NCBI GenBank assembly: GCA_001004885.1
Contig: LCRX01000014.1
Span: 1,565-65,564, forward strand
Direction of reading: 5' to 3'
DNA: 64,000 nucleotides
Origin: Candidatus Magasanikbacteria bacterium GW2011_GWA2_56_11
GTDB lineage: Bacteria; Patescibacteriota; Patescibacteriia; Magasanikbacterales; UBA922
Below, piece after piece: positions 31,643 to 40,750 of this stretch (its first letter is position 1; each line of letters opens with the position of its first letter). The notes below the pieces were generated by a model that saw only the letters and a list, made by a program, of their open reading frames with translations, was not told the origin of the DNA and searched no databases. Made by a program: the position numbers and the translations under genes.

Positions 31643-32773
31643 TTATTTCATGAAAATATCAATATATTTTCGATAGACAAATGCGCGGTCGTAGGTTTCT
31701 TTGGCGTCTTTCAATTCAAGAATATCAAGGTTCATAAATCTGTCGATAAGTTTTTGGGATCCAACGCGAGAAAATTTGGTCCACTCCATTATTGTTTTAC
31801 TTGAGACAATCGGCTGAGCATACAATTTTCGTAATACCAAAACACCGCTTGCCGACTCTCTCTTCGCCAGGGATTGAATTTTTGCCATGTCGTTTTCTCG
31901 AAGTTTGGTAATTTGTTTTGATACGGATATTGAATCGTTGGCTGTTTCAATGACGCCATCAAGAAAAAAATCAATCCACGATTCAACCTCGCCAAAATGA
32001 TAATCATGCAGTTTTTGGTAGTAAATTTTTTGATGTTTTTTAAAATATGACGATAAAAATAATACCGGCCGCTCAAGCATGTTGCGGTGGCAAAGAAGCA
32101 TGGTTATCAATAAGCGGCCGGCTCTTCCGTTGCCATCAAGAAACGGGTGTATCGTTTCAAATTGGGCGTGAGTAAGGGCGGCGTGGATTAAGGGAAGAGC
32201 TAATTTTTCGTTGTGTAAGAATTTTTCCAGATCATTCAAAGCCCTGTTCATCTCACTCACTGTCGGCGGGACAAATGAAGCATTATTCGGCGTCGTTCCG
32301 CCAATCCAGTTCTGTGATTTGCGGAATTCGCCCGGATCGGCAAAATGAGTGGCGCGGGCATCAGTCATCAATTGCGCGTGTATTTCGCGGATCAATCGCA
32401 AAGAGAGCGGAAAATCTTTTAGTCGTTCAACACCGTAGTTGAGTGCTTTGATGTAGAACAAAATATCGTCAGCATCAGTTTTTTTAACCGTTACGCCGGC
32501 ATTCATTTCTATCGCATCGGCCATACTGGCCTTAGTGCCCTCAATTTGAGAAGAGGAAGCCGCGTCTTTAGCGACGAACATGGAAAGAAAAAAGTCCACA
32601 TCAGGCAGGGTGTGGGTTATACCGTCCAGTTTACCGATTAAGCGGTCCGCTTCTGCCGCTTTAATCAGTATGGCCTGTGATAATTCGAGCAATCCTTTAG
32701 GGGGGAACGGACGTGGCACAAAGGCGGTAAAACCCTCTGTTTGTTTGACATTTTGACCGATTTCAATTTTCAT
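31643..32773 (-). CDS. Fic family protein (AMPylator) with winged-helix domains
   Basis: Fic motif HPFLDGNGRAGR. Confidence 0.8.
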   Translation of the reverse strand: MKIEIGQNVKQTEGFTAFVPRPFPPKGLLELSQAILIKAAEADRLIGKLDGITHTLPDVDFFLSMFVAKDAASSSQIEGTKASMADAIEMNAGVTVKKTDADDILFYIKALNYGVERLKDFPLSLRLIREIHAQLMTDARATHFADPGEFRKSQNWIGGTTPNNASFVPPTVSEMNRALNDLEKFLHNEKLALPLIHAALTHAQFETIHPFLDGNGRAGRLLITMLLCHRNMLERPVLFLSSYFKKHQKIYYQKLHDYHFGEVESWIDFFLDGVIETANDSISVSKQITKLRENDMAKIQSLAKRESASGVLVLRKLYAQPIVSSKTIMEWTKFSRVGSQKLIDRFMNLDILELKDAKETYDRAFVYRKYIDIFMK

Positions 32774-32805
32774 AGATAGTTTACTAGTTTTTTATGATAT
32801 AAACT

Positions 32806-32834
32806 ATCTTATACCTTAGTTTATATGTTGTCAA
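32806..32834 (-). promoter_or_regulatory. sigma70-like promoter for fic with overlapping 10-bp inverted repeat (possible operator)
   Basis: Minus strand TTGACA, 17 nt, TAAGAT. Inverted repeat agatagttta/taaactatct (32775-32809) overlaps the -10 and TSS. Confidence 0.35.
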
Positions 32835-33045
32835 GAGATGAAAACTAAGTATTTTTTTATTCGCTTAGAAGAGCGAATAATGGCCCTCCGGTTCTTTCTT
32901 TTTTGGCCCAAATGTCAACGCATTCATCTTAACCATTAGCGGCCATTATGCGATAAGGAAATTTTCTTACCTTTTTTAAATGTTCTTCCAGAGTATATCC
33001 AATTAATGAATTGGCGCCGAATGCGTATAGGCTGTGAGCAAAATA

Positions 33046-33660
33046 TCACAAGCAGTAATTAATCAAAAAAATATCCATCTCTTGATTTTTGGCGATATTG
33101 TTTAAAAAATAAGCCAGTTTGAATCTTAAATTGCCATCCCATATAATATTTTCGATTCTGCACTGGCCGAACTCCGACAAGGTTTCAAATGTAAAACTTT
33201 TTGGAATTTTAATAACTACATTAGGCGTAATGTATCGTTTAGTTAGATTAAACATTTCTCGCGTGCTTGGTTGCGTATCATCAATGTTGTTTGCGTGAGT
33301 AGGAGGATTTACCCCTTGCATATTCCATTCGGGGTCAAGTATTGCCACATCAGCTGGCAAGCTTTTTAATAAATCAGGATCGAGCGCATCGCCAACGATG
33401 AAGTTAGTCCTCTCTTCTACCCCATATAATACAGCGTTCTTTTTGGCGTCCTCTATCCTTGATGGAATTATATCAACGCCACATGCGCTTTTTAAATGTT
33501 TTGCTAATTGCACGACAATCATGCCGGTGGCGCAACATAGTTCAACTGCGGTTTTAAATTGCGCTAGACTTTTGGCTATGTGTTCACCCACAAATTCAGG
33601 GCAGCTCATATCATAAGCATCCCGATCGGAGAATATATTTTTTGTGAATTTTTTCTTCAT
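33046..33660 (-). CDS. SAM-dependent methyltransferase, Tgs1/RNA-cap guanine-N2 MTase-like
   Basis: VELCCATGMIVVQLA...GVDI...DAKKNAVLYGV...FIVGDALD pattern. Confidence 0.5.
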   Translation of the reverse strand: MKKKFTKNIFSDRDAYDMSCPEFVGEHIAKSLAQFKTAVELCCATGMIVVQLAKHLKSACGVDIIPSRIEDAKKNAVLYGVEERTNFIVGDALDPDLLKSLPADVAILDPEWNMQGVNPPTHANNIDDTQPSTREMFNLTKRYITPNVVIKIPKSFTFETLSEFGQCRIENIIWDGNLRFKLAYFLNNIAKNQEMDIFLINYCL

Positions 33661-33716
33661 AATTCAAGTACGCGCTTTTTCCTGGACCCCACACACGCTG
33701 TTATACTATGTATCGC

Positions 33717-34337
33717 TCAAACCGTCATCTCTACGGCAAAAAGTTCTTTTCTGCATGTGGTCATAATACCGACATGGCAAGCAGCGACCTTGGTGGCCGT
33801 AAATTTTAACGGCAAGATTTCCTGCCCCGCTGCTTCTTTGGTTCGGATTGTAATGTGCGGATCAAAAGCCTCGAAACTGTGAGACGCTGCGAATTTATTT
33901 ATCCAGTCTGGTTCAGCCACTTCCTCGCCCGTTCTTGAGAAAAGCGATCCTTTCGTGCAGTCATATGAAAAGTATTGTCGAAGCCCGTTCATAAGATTCT
34001 CATGAAGCCGCTGTAATTCAGAGGATTTTCTTGCGCGGACGGCATAGATTTTAGATCCATCGGATTTTTCTGCGTAATATAACTCCGCTAGCTCAACGAG
34101 AATCGGACTAAAGTTTTTTACTATACCTTCGACAATACTTTTCACGGTTTCGAGGCTGTCGTCTTCAATGCCACCCATAGCCAATGACATGTGCGGCAGG
34201 AAATCATCTTTCGCCAGCGGACCCCAAGCCGCATTTCTAGTTGCTGCTTGCTGGTTAATATCAATTATCTTTTCCATTACATCTAGGGGCGGAAGAATGG
34301 CCACATCTATTGCTAACTTTTTAGAGATTGTGTTCAT
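33717..34337 (-). CDS. 2H phosphoesterase superfamily protein (LigT / 2'-5' RNA ligase-like)
   Basis: Two H-x-T/S-x motifs (PHMSLA and PHITIR). Confidence 0.5.
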   Translation of the reverse strand: MNTISKKLAIDVAILPPLDVMEKIIDINQQAATRNAAWGPLAKDDFLPHMSLAMGGIEDDSLETVKSIVEGIVKNFSPILVELAELYYAEKSDGSKIYAVRARKSSELQRLHENLMNGLRQYFSYDCTKGSLFSRTGEEVAEPDWINKFAASHSFEAFDPHITIRTKEAAGQEILPLKFTATKVAACHVGIMTTCRKELFAVEMTV

Positions 34338-34370
34338 AGGATTACGCAGAGAGAGATACTTCGCCTAACG

Positions 34371-34489
34371 TTCGCGCCGATGCAAAGTTGCTGCGCGGTA
34401 CAATTTAACGCGGGGCGCTCTAGCGCGCAACAATTTGGATGAGCACGCCCACAAGGAGCGAACTGCGCATGCGCTGTTGTACGATGACC
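34371..34489 (-). repeat. attC-like site
   Basis: + strand cgcctaacgttcgcg ... cgctgttgtacgatgac. Cassette orientation: TACAAC...cgcgaacGTTAGGCG. Confidence 0.5.
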
Positions 34490-34496
34490 ACTTTTT

Positions 34497-34670
34497 CTAT
34501 TTCTTTTTTAAACCGTTCTTTTGCGCGTAAGCTCGTGCTGCTGCAGCGCTCGAACCGCCAGTATATTTCGGTTTAGTTTTTATACTGGCAGAAACAGTTA
34601 CGCCGTCTGTATCTGTTTCTATAGTTATTGAATTGCCTTTGTTGTCGGAATAAGTTTCGATTTTACCCAT
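34497..34670 (-). CDS. small cassette ORF (57 aa, below ORF-track cutoff)
   Basis: MGKIETYSDNKGNSITIETDTDGVTVSASIKTKPKYTGGSSAAAARAYAQKNGLKKK between two attC-like sites. Confidence 0.25.
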   Translation of the reverse strand: MGKIETYSDNKGNSITIETDTDGVTVSASIKTKPKYTGGSSAAAARAYAQKNGLKKK

Positions 34671-34717
34671 ATTGTCTAGATTAAAAGTGATTTAAGTGAT
34701 ATAGAAAAAGTGGCTTT

Positions 34718-34915
34718 CGCGCAACGTTCGTGTGTATGTGAAGTTTTCATCCCGTTTTAACGGAATTACTTTAATTATCAAACACACCTTTTTTAATAAA
34801 CTCCACCCAAATCCTCATCCCTTAAACAGAGAGGATTTAGGTGGAGGAAAATTGGCGCTCTTTAAGGATTTAATTAACGCCAATTTTCCGTGGCCAGATA
34901 TGCGTTGTTATGTCC
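34718..34915 (-). repeat. attC-like site (long, ~200 bp, with 16-bp internal hairpin)
   Basis: cgcgcaacgttcgtgtgtatg ... gatatgcgttgttatgtcc ends. Internal stem ctccacccaaatcctc/gaggatttaggtggag. Confidence 0.45.
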
Positions 34916-34945
34916 TGTAAAAAAAATTTTGCCAAGCTTTTTCTG

Positions 34946-35197
34946 TTATTCTTCAGTGTTTACTCCTACTCCATCATAATATGGCTCATCATCGGCATTG
35001 CAAGATACAAAATTAAGTTCTATACCTCCTTCAAATTTAATAGTAACACCCCCTGAATTATCGAGTTCAAATCCCACTACTACTTTCCCCATTAAAGTCC
35101 CGAGCCGCTTTTCTAATCTCCTCGCGGGTGTATCTTTCTCAACTACCTCCTCAACTACCTCGACTTTTGATATTTCCCTAGGATTTCCTTCAGACAT
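34946..35197 (-). CDS. small acidic hypothetical protein (cassette ORF)
   Basis: 83 aa. Confidence 0.35.
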   Translation of the reverse strand: MSEGNPREISKVEVVEEVVEKDTPARRLEKRLGTLMGKVVVGFELDNSGGVTIKFEGGIELNFVSCNADDEPYYDGVGVNTEE

Positions 35198-35233
35198 ACA
35201 TTAATTATTTAATGATTAAAAATTTTTATTATG

Positions 35234-35340
35234 GCGTATAACGTCGTGTGCATGCGATATGGCACAATGATATATTTTACTCATCATTGTGCCATATGGG
35301 CGAGGCTTCAGCCGAGTCGCATGCACGCTATTATGTGATG
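35234..35340 (-). repeat. attC-like site
   Basis: gcgtataacgtcgtgtgcatgcg ... gcatgcacgctattatgtg ends; central 11-bp hairpin tggcacaatga/tcattgtgcca. Confidence 0.5.
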
Positions 35341-35345
35341 TCGCG

Positions 35346-36041
35346 CTAATTTTTCTGCTCTTTAAAAGAGATATCCTTCATTAAAGTATCAAGTCCATCG
35401 GCCTTGCTGTAACTTACAACCGCTTGGAGGTGATAATCGCCAAATGCATTCGGTACAAAATATTCCAGTCGACTGATTTGCCCCTGGTCAAACATTTTCT
35501 CGAAATAGTCTGTTTTTACACGCAATGCATTTTTGCCATTCACGCTTACTTTTTGCGCGGTGGCATTTTTATTTTCGTAACCAAGCGCCTTTATTATTTC
35601 AGATTCTGACTGGTTAAAGTTAATGCATTCAAAACAAGTAGTGCTGTAATCTGCTGCTGCCGGAGCAAAATCTTTCGTTTCCCACCAAAGTTGCGGCGTT
35701 GATGGAGCATTATCAACGCTTGTATATTTTTCATTTGCAAAGCCAATTTTAAATAGCTTTCCTATGCCGTCTTTGTGTGTCTCATCTGTAAATTTTGGTG
35801 TGCCCCACGAATTGTTATAACAGAAAGAAAGATTTTGCGATTCATACATTGTCCAGTTTTGGGGACATTCTACTTTTGTTTCTGTGCGCTCGACTGTCTT
35901 TTCACTTACAACTCGTGTTGAGGTAATGTCGGGTGCTGTCTCAGCATTTCTATTTTGCCAAAGAAAAATGCCACCGCCTACAACGACGACTGTAACTATA
36001 ACAGCAAGGCCGATTGTCCATGGATTAGTTTTGTACTCCAT
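35346..36041 (-). CDS. membrane-anchored/secreted hypothetical protein (cassette ORF)
   Basis: 231 aa, N-terminal TM, Cys-containing extracytoplasmic domain. Confidence 0.45.
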   Translation of the reverse strand: MEYKTNPWTIGLAVIVTVVVVGGGIFLWQNRNAETAPDITSTRVVSEKTVERTETKVECPQNWTMYESQNLSFCYNNSWGTPKFTDETHKDGIGKLFKIGFANEKYTSVDNAPSTPQLWWETKDFAPAAADYSTTCFECINFNQSESEIIKALGYENKNATAQKVSVNGKNALRVKTDYFEKMFDQGQISRLEYFVPNAFGDYHLQAVVSYSKADGLDTLMKDISFKEQKN

Positions 36042-36100
36042 AATGTTTTGGTTAAGAATTAAACCTACTTTAATGTAAAAGAAAAATTAGCGCAATTTCG

Positions 36101-36163
36101 CATAACCTTCGCGTCTCATCTACTGTAGAGCGCTTGCGGAATGGCGGGTAGACGCTGTTATGT
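36101..36163 (-). repeat. attC-like site (~63 bp)
   Basis: Cassette orientation: (stop)TAACagcgtc ... gagacgcgaagGTTATGCG. The Nudix stop codon lies inside the R''-like core. Confidence 0.5.
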
Positions 36164-36682
36164 GATGTGCATCCCGGAGCCAACATTATTTGAAAAATAG
36201 TCAACACATTCTTTGGTAGATTTTAGAAAAATATCAGGAAAATCAGCTAATTTCTTAAGTAACTCCTCTCTAGAGAACCATTTTATTTGTTCGACTTCTT
36301 CCTTTTGGATTGTAAACTCATGAATATCTTTATCTAACAAGGCAAAATACCACTGTACAAAATGTTTATGTTTACCGTCATTCATTTTATAAAACGCCTT
36401 TTCGAAGTGACAGTTATTTAAACCAATTTCTTCCTCGGCCTCCTTAATGATATTTGATTCATAGGTTTCTCCCTGGTCAATGGTCCCTGCAACGGCAGGC
36501 CCCCATTTTCCGGGGTCATGCTTTTTGTTGAATGATCGTTGGGCTAGGAGGGTGTCACCTTTAGAATTCTGAATCCATAAGGCCGAGACGCGATAGATGT
36601 CTTCTGGTTTCAAAGTTCCTCGCTCTTTCAATCCAATGACGCTATCCTTTTCATCGACAATTATAATTTTTGCCTTACTCAT
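36158..36682 (-). CDS. NUDIX hydrolase
   Basis: Nudix box GTIDQGETYESNIIKEAEEEIGL. Confidence 0.6.
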   Translation of the reverse strand: MSKAKIIIVDEKDSVIGLKERGTLKPEDIYRVSALWIQNSKGDTLLAQRSFNKKHDPGKWGPAVAGTIDQGETYESNIIKEAEEEIGLNNCHFEKAFYKMNDGKHKHFVQWYFALLDKDIHEFTIQKEEVEQIKWFSREELLKKLADFPDIFLKSTKECVDYFSNNVGSGMHIT

Positions 36683-36731
36683 ATTCGTTTACAATTCAAT
36701 GCTTTCTTGCGAAAAGCTCCGGGCAGCATAT

Positions 36732-36861
36732 CACATAACGTTCGCGCGTATCGATGTTCACTGGCTGTATAATATCGCGAAGCGGTACAGCCAGCAAATA
36801 TGGGCGGAGGCTTGCGGAGGAACGGAGCAAGCCGTAGCCGCATACACGCTGTTAGCTGATG
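36732..36861 (-). repeat. attC-like site
   Basis: Cassette orientation: catcAGCTAACagcgtgtatg ... catcgatacgcgcgaacGTTATGTG; central 8-bp hairpin. Confidence 0.5.
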
Positions 36862-36904
36862 TAAATAAATTCAATGAGCGAAGCGAATATTATTCAGACA
36901 AATT

Positions 36905-37513
36905 TTAAAAAAATCCCAAGAGATTGAAAAACAATCTAACAGAAAAAATGATAATCACTAACGATGCCAGGAAATTGAAACTAGCGATTATTTTTTTGTT
37001 GCCGGTTTTATTGATCGCTGAACCTAGATAGACGACTACAACGAAACAAAGAAATGATCCGATTGACAAAGATAGTGAGTTAGCTATGATTGTTTGAAAG
37101 ATATGCTCTTTTATGTTTAGAAAGGAAGTTGCGACTCCAATAAAATAAACATAAGTAAGAGGAGATAGCGCACAGAGAACCATTCCATTTAGAAAGGATT
37201 GTTTTTCAATCGGGTTGTCACTATTACTTAACTTTCCAAGACTTTTTAGAAAACCTGTTATTCCAACGAATAACATATAGCCGACGCCGACCATTCCGAT
37301 ACCATAATACAGCCAAGGAATTTTTATAAATTGACTGATTCCAAAGTAGCTCAATACAAGAATAATAAAGTTCATTGTCGCTACACCAGATGCCAAAACA
37401 ATCCCTTGGCGTTTTTTACCAAGAAGCGAAGTTTGTAATACTGTTGTTTGAATCACACCTGGGGAGGCGGCGGCGCTAAAACCGATTATAAAGCTTGAAA
37501 GTAATAGTGACAT
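36905..37513 (-). CDS. LysE/RhtB family amino-acid exporter
   Basis: 202 aa, 6 TM helices, LysE-type N-terminal pattern. Confidence 0.6.
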   Translation of the reverse strand: MSLLLSSFIIGFSAAASPGVIQTTVLQTSLLGKKRQGIVLASGVATMNFIILVLSYFGISQFIKIPWLYYGIGMVGVGYMLFVGITGFLKSLGKLSNSDNPIEKQSFLNGMVLCALSPLTYVYFIGVATSFLNIKEHIFQTIIANSLSLSIGSFLCFVVVVYLGSAINKTGNKKIIASFNFLASLVIIIFSVRLFFNLLGFF

Positions 37514-37570
37514 TTTTTAAAATTTGTCTGAATAATTTTTCGGCCACAGCCGAAAAGAATTTATTTATTT

Positions 37571-37673
37571 CAGCTAACGTTTCGGCATATCTGATGTTTG
37601 CCGTAGCGTAGCGGAGGCAAATATGGGTGGAGGCTTTTGTAAAAAGCCGTAACCAGATATGCCGAACATCTCA
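37571..37673 (-). repeat. attC-like site
   Basis: cagctaacgtttcggcatatctg ... cagatatgccgaacatc inverted arms; the HNH stop codon abuts the site. Confidence 0.5.
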
Positions 37674-38264
37674 ATCAATACCTTCAGTTTTTAACAGTGC
37701 TTTAACGCATAACGAGTATTCTTTGTCTTCTTCTGCCTCTGGTTTTATGCTTTCTAATACTGCTTCTTTTGCACTATCTTCTAGCTTTGCACATGCTCCA
37801 ATAACTTTTTTGAGCAAATTGATTCTATCTTGTCGTCTTTCAATTAAAGCTGGGCGGTTTAGGTGCACGCCGCTTTGCTCTTCAATGGTAATTTTTCCTT
37901 TTGTTGAATTATCCTTATGTGCAAAGAAAGCTCCCAATACGACTATATGTGTTTCGGGGTCTTCATCGTATGGATTAAGGATTGGATTTGCTTCATCATA
38001 TTTGTCAGATTTATAGCCGTTGCAACGTGCACAGACGTATCCTAAATTTCCCCAATCAAATTCTAAGCCTGGGAATTTTGACTTTGGCTTTATGTGTTCA
38101 ATGTCACCGTAGTAAGTATGGGATACTTTGCTTTCGCAATACATGCATTTATCATGACTGGCCAAGATGAGAACCGCCTTGTTGTCAGGGTGTTTATAAT
38201 TTGTTCTCAATGCCTCTTGATTTGGGCATTGTGGTCTACTTAGTTTGATCATTTGAATTTTCAA
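37671..38264 (-). CDS. HNH endonuclease (PtuB-like)
   Basis: CMYCESK...GDIEHIKPKS...CARCNGYK HNH/zinc motif; overlaps the ATPase gene by 29 bp. Confidence 0.6.
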   Translation of the reverse strand: MKIQMIKLSRPQCPNQEALRTNYKHPDNKAVLILASHDKCMYCESKVSHTYYGDIEHIKPKSKFPGLEFDWGNLGYVCARCNGYKSDKYDEANPILNPYDEDPETHIVVLGAFFAHKDNSTKGKITIEEQSGVHLNRPALIERRQDRINLLKKVIGACAKLEDSAKEAVLESIKPEAEEDKEYSLCVKALLKTEGID

Positions 38265-39480
38265 TTAAGCTGTAAACGGCTTCGGGCATGATTTTCTCTA
38301 GTCCCATTTCCTTTAACTCATTGCGCATTTGAGTAAATTTTTCTTTGGTAATGCTTTCTTTCGAGTATTTTGCGACTATCTCATTCAACTTATCTTCTAC
38401 CCATATTGGCATTGTAAAGGCCACGCCCAAAACTTCATCCAATATTTCCGCCGCTGTCTTTGCTTTATTTATGAAGTCTAGTCGTTCACTGACAATTTTA
38501 TTGTTTTCGTTATATCTCAAGGCGTATACATTTGATTCTTTAACTGAACCAACAATGAGCGGATTATGAGTAGAGACGATAAAGCGTGTATTTGGAAACG
38601 CCCCAAGGAAGTCTGGCAATATTTGCCGTTGCATTGTCGGATGAAGATGATTTTCAACTTCATCTATTAAAACAGTAAAATTGGGATTATCTTTTTCCTC
38701 TGTGGCATAAAAATAAATTTGCCAAGCAAGGTCTATTATTGCGCTTATTCCACCAGATGAAGCATCAATAACAAACTCACCTGATGTACAAATCAGTAGA
38801 ACCTCTGAGTTTCGTATAGCAAATTTTTGAAAACCTAAAGTTTTGGGCAGTACTTTTTTAAGTACCTCTTGAAAACCATTGTAATATTCGAGAAGGGTTT
38901 CATTCGCATCCATATCTTTGTTGCCTTGGCCAAAAATACTCCAGCAAATGAGAGCTTCTTTTATATGAAAACTACTTGGAACGTCATTTCCGCCACCATA
39001 TCTACTTTTGTTACTATTCCAAACTTTATCGAAAGCCTGTTTTTTGTTGATTGTATTTGCGGTTGGAATTTGAGTTACTTTTTGGTATCTGAATATTGAT
39101 CTATGTGAGGGGATGAAAAAGCACTTTACTCCTTGTTGCCCCTCGATTTGCATGTTGTATTGTGCCTCGTTTTGTTCTTTTGGCACCTTCAATATAGCTT
39201 TTTGTCCATCACTATAATTTAATTCACCTTTAGTATCTTTTGGCTCCTCATCTTCCACCCAAAAGGAAGAGAACCATTTCCAAACCTTGGTTTTTATGTC
39301 CTTTTTTGGAGTTGCTAAGGATTTTGCATCCCAACCGCAATGTCTTGCTAAAAGATGCAACAGAGTTGTTTTACCACTTGCATTTGCGCCTGTTAAAATA
39401 GTCAACCGATCATGGAAATCTATTTCGATATTTTCAAATTGTTGCCACTCCGCTGTAATTTTTAATTTTTTGAAATCCAT
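38236..39480 (-). CDS. AAA_21/ABC-type ATPase (PtuA/OLD-like)
   Basis: Walker A GANASGKTT. Walker B VLIDEVENHLHP. STHNP motif. Confidence 0.65.
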   Translation of the reverse strand: MDFKKLKITAEWQQFENIEIDFHDRLTILTGANASGKTTLLHLLARHCGWDAKSLATPKKDIKTKVWKWFSSFWVEDEEPKDTKGELNYSDGQKAILKVPKEQNEAQYNMQIEGQQGVKCFFIPSHRSIFRYQKVTQIPTANTINKKQAFDKVWNSNKSRYGGGNDVPSSFHIKEALICWSIFGQGNKDMDANETLLEYYNGFQEVLKKVLPKTLGFQKFAIRNSEVLLICTSGEFVIDASSGGISAIIDLAWQIYFYATEEKDNPNFTVLIDEVENHLHPTMQRQILPDFLGAFPNTRFIVSTHNPLIVGSVKESNVYALRYNENNKIVSERLDFINKAKTAAEILDEVLGVAFTMPIWVEDKLNEIVAKYSKESITKEKFTQMRNELKEMGLEKIMPEAVYSLIENSNDQTK

Positions 39481-39501
39481 AGATTGATCCTACTGCAAAA
39501 C

Positions 39502-40440
39502 CTATTTTTTAAATTCTCTGAAGTACTTGCCGAATACTTTCTGGAACAAAACTGTTTTTTCATAAAGCCAAGCAAAATATTTTTCTGCTTCGGCTTGGTC
39601 AAATACGCCTGAAACTTCCTTTTTAATTTTTATACGGGAGGCGACGGCCGCATCCACCCATTCGATAGACTCGCCAATTTCTTTTTCAATTTCTGCTTTT
39701 CGTTCGCGTAAAAAAATAAATAAGTCTTTATTTCTGCTGATATAAATCTCACAGCCAATCAAGTTTTCACGAGAGTTAATAGTTAGTGCTACATGGCCGT
39801 CTGAACTGCCCATGCTAACATCGTACCAATGTTGAGGGCGAGGAGTTTGTAGTCGGATTTGGGTGTCGTTTTCTCGTACATAATTTTTGAATTTGTTCCA
39901 AAATTCAAGCTGTTGCAATTTTGTATCAGTTAGCTCGCCATTTGATGGACTTGTCTTAATTGCCTTTGCCCATTCATTTGGACTAACCATAATCTCAAAT
40001 TTTGGCGCAGGATTCGAGCCTTCTATTTGCCAAAGTTCAATTTTTATCAAAAAGAAACCGATATTTTCATCTGTATGTTCGTTAAGCCAATCGATCGCTT
40101 TTTGATGTTCATCGCGTACATCTTTAACAATCCAAATAATTATTTCCGCATCGTATCCCGACGCATAAGTAATAATTTTTCCTAAATGATCGTGGTTGGT
40201 ATCTTCGAGCTGATTTTCGATTATAATCTTTCTCCCTGACGCTTCTTCTTCGGCGAGGATATCAACGCTAAATTTTCCCACGCTCGCTTCGGTTTTGATA
40301 AGTTTTATATCAACGCCTATTTCTTCACTCAAGGCATCAAGATTTTCTTGCTGTGCGAGCCAGTTAGTAAAATCAATGGCTTCGTGACTCCAGACATCGC
40401 GTAGTTCAACTTTATTTAGTTTAGATAGTGATTTTTTCAT
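39502..40440 (-). CDS. DUF4268-like protein with possible PD-(D/E)xK nuclease core
   Basis: 312 aa; VDILAEEE...IIIENQL motif; 21 bp upstream of the ATPase gene with no attC between them. Confidence 0.45.
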   Translation of the reverse strand: MKKSLSKLNKVELRDVWSHEAIDFTNWLAQQENLDALSEEIGVDIKLIKTEASVGKFSVDILAEEEASGRKIIIENQLEDTNHDHLGKIITYASGYDAEIIIWIVKDVRDEHQKAIDWLNEHTDENIGFFLIKIELWQIEGSNPAPKFEIMVSPNEWAKAIKTSPSNGELTDTKLQQLEFWNKFKNYVRENDTQIRLQTPRPQHWYDVSMGSSDGHVALTINSRENLIGCEIYISRNKDLFIFLRERKAEIEKEIGESIEWVDAAVASRIKIKKEVSGVFDQAEAEKYFAWLYEKTVLFQKVFGKYFREFKK

Positions 40441-40607
40441 AGTGTAAATTTACTTACTGTTATTGTATTCGTTTTCCCCTTATAAATAAATCGTTTTCGG
40501 AGCAAAGCGGAGAAAACACCTTATATCCCCTTTAAAAATAAAGAAAAAGAAATTTGAAAATTTTTTAAAACAATTGGGCGATAGCCCAAAAAAGAAAAGG
40601 AATATTT

Positions 40608-40750
40608 CAGCTAATGTTCGCGTGTATGAGAAGTTTCGCCGACTTCCTTACTCTTAATTATAGAGGAGGCGAAATTTGGGTGAAAGAAAAAGTGCAGCCG
40701 CTGAAAAATATTAACGCACTTTTTCTTAAACCTCATACACCCTGTTAGGC
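40608..40750 (-). repeat. attC-like site (~143 bp) after the first cassette
   Basis: Cassette orientation: (stop TAA inside) GCCTAACagggtgtatgag ... ctcatacacgcgaacATTAGCTG. Confidence 0.55.
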
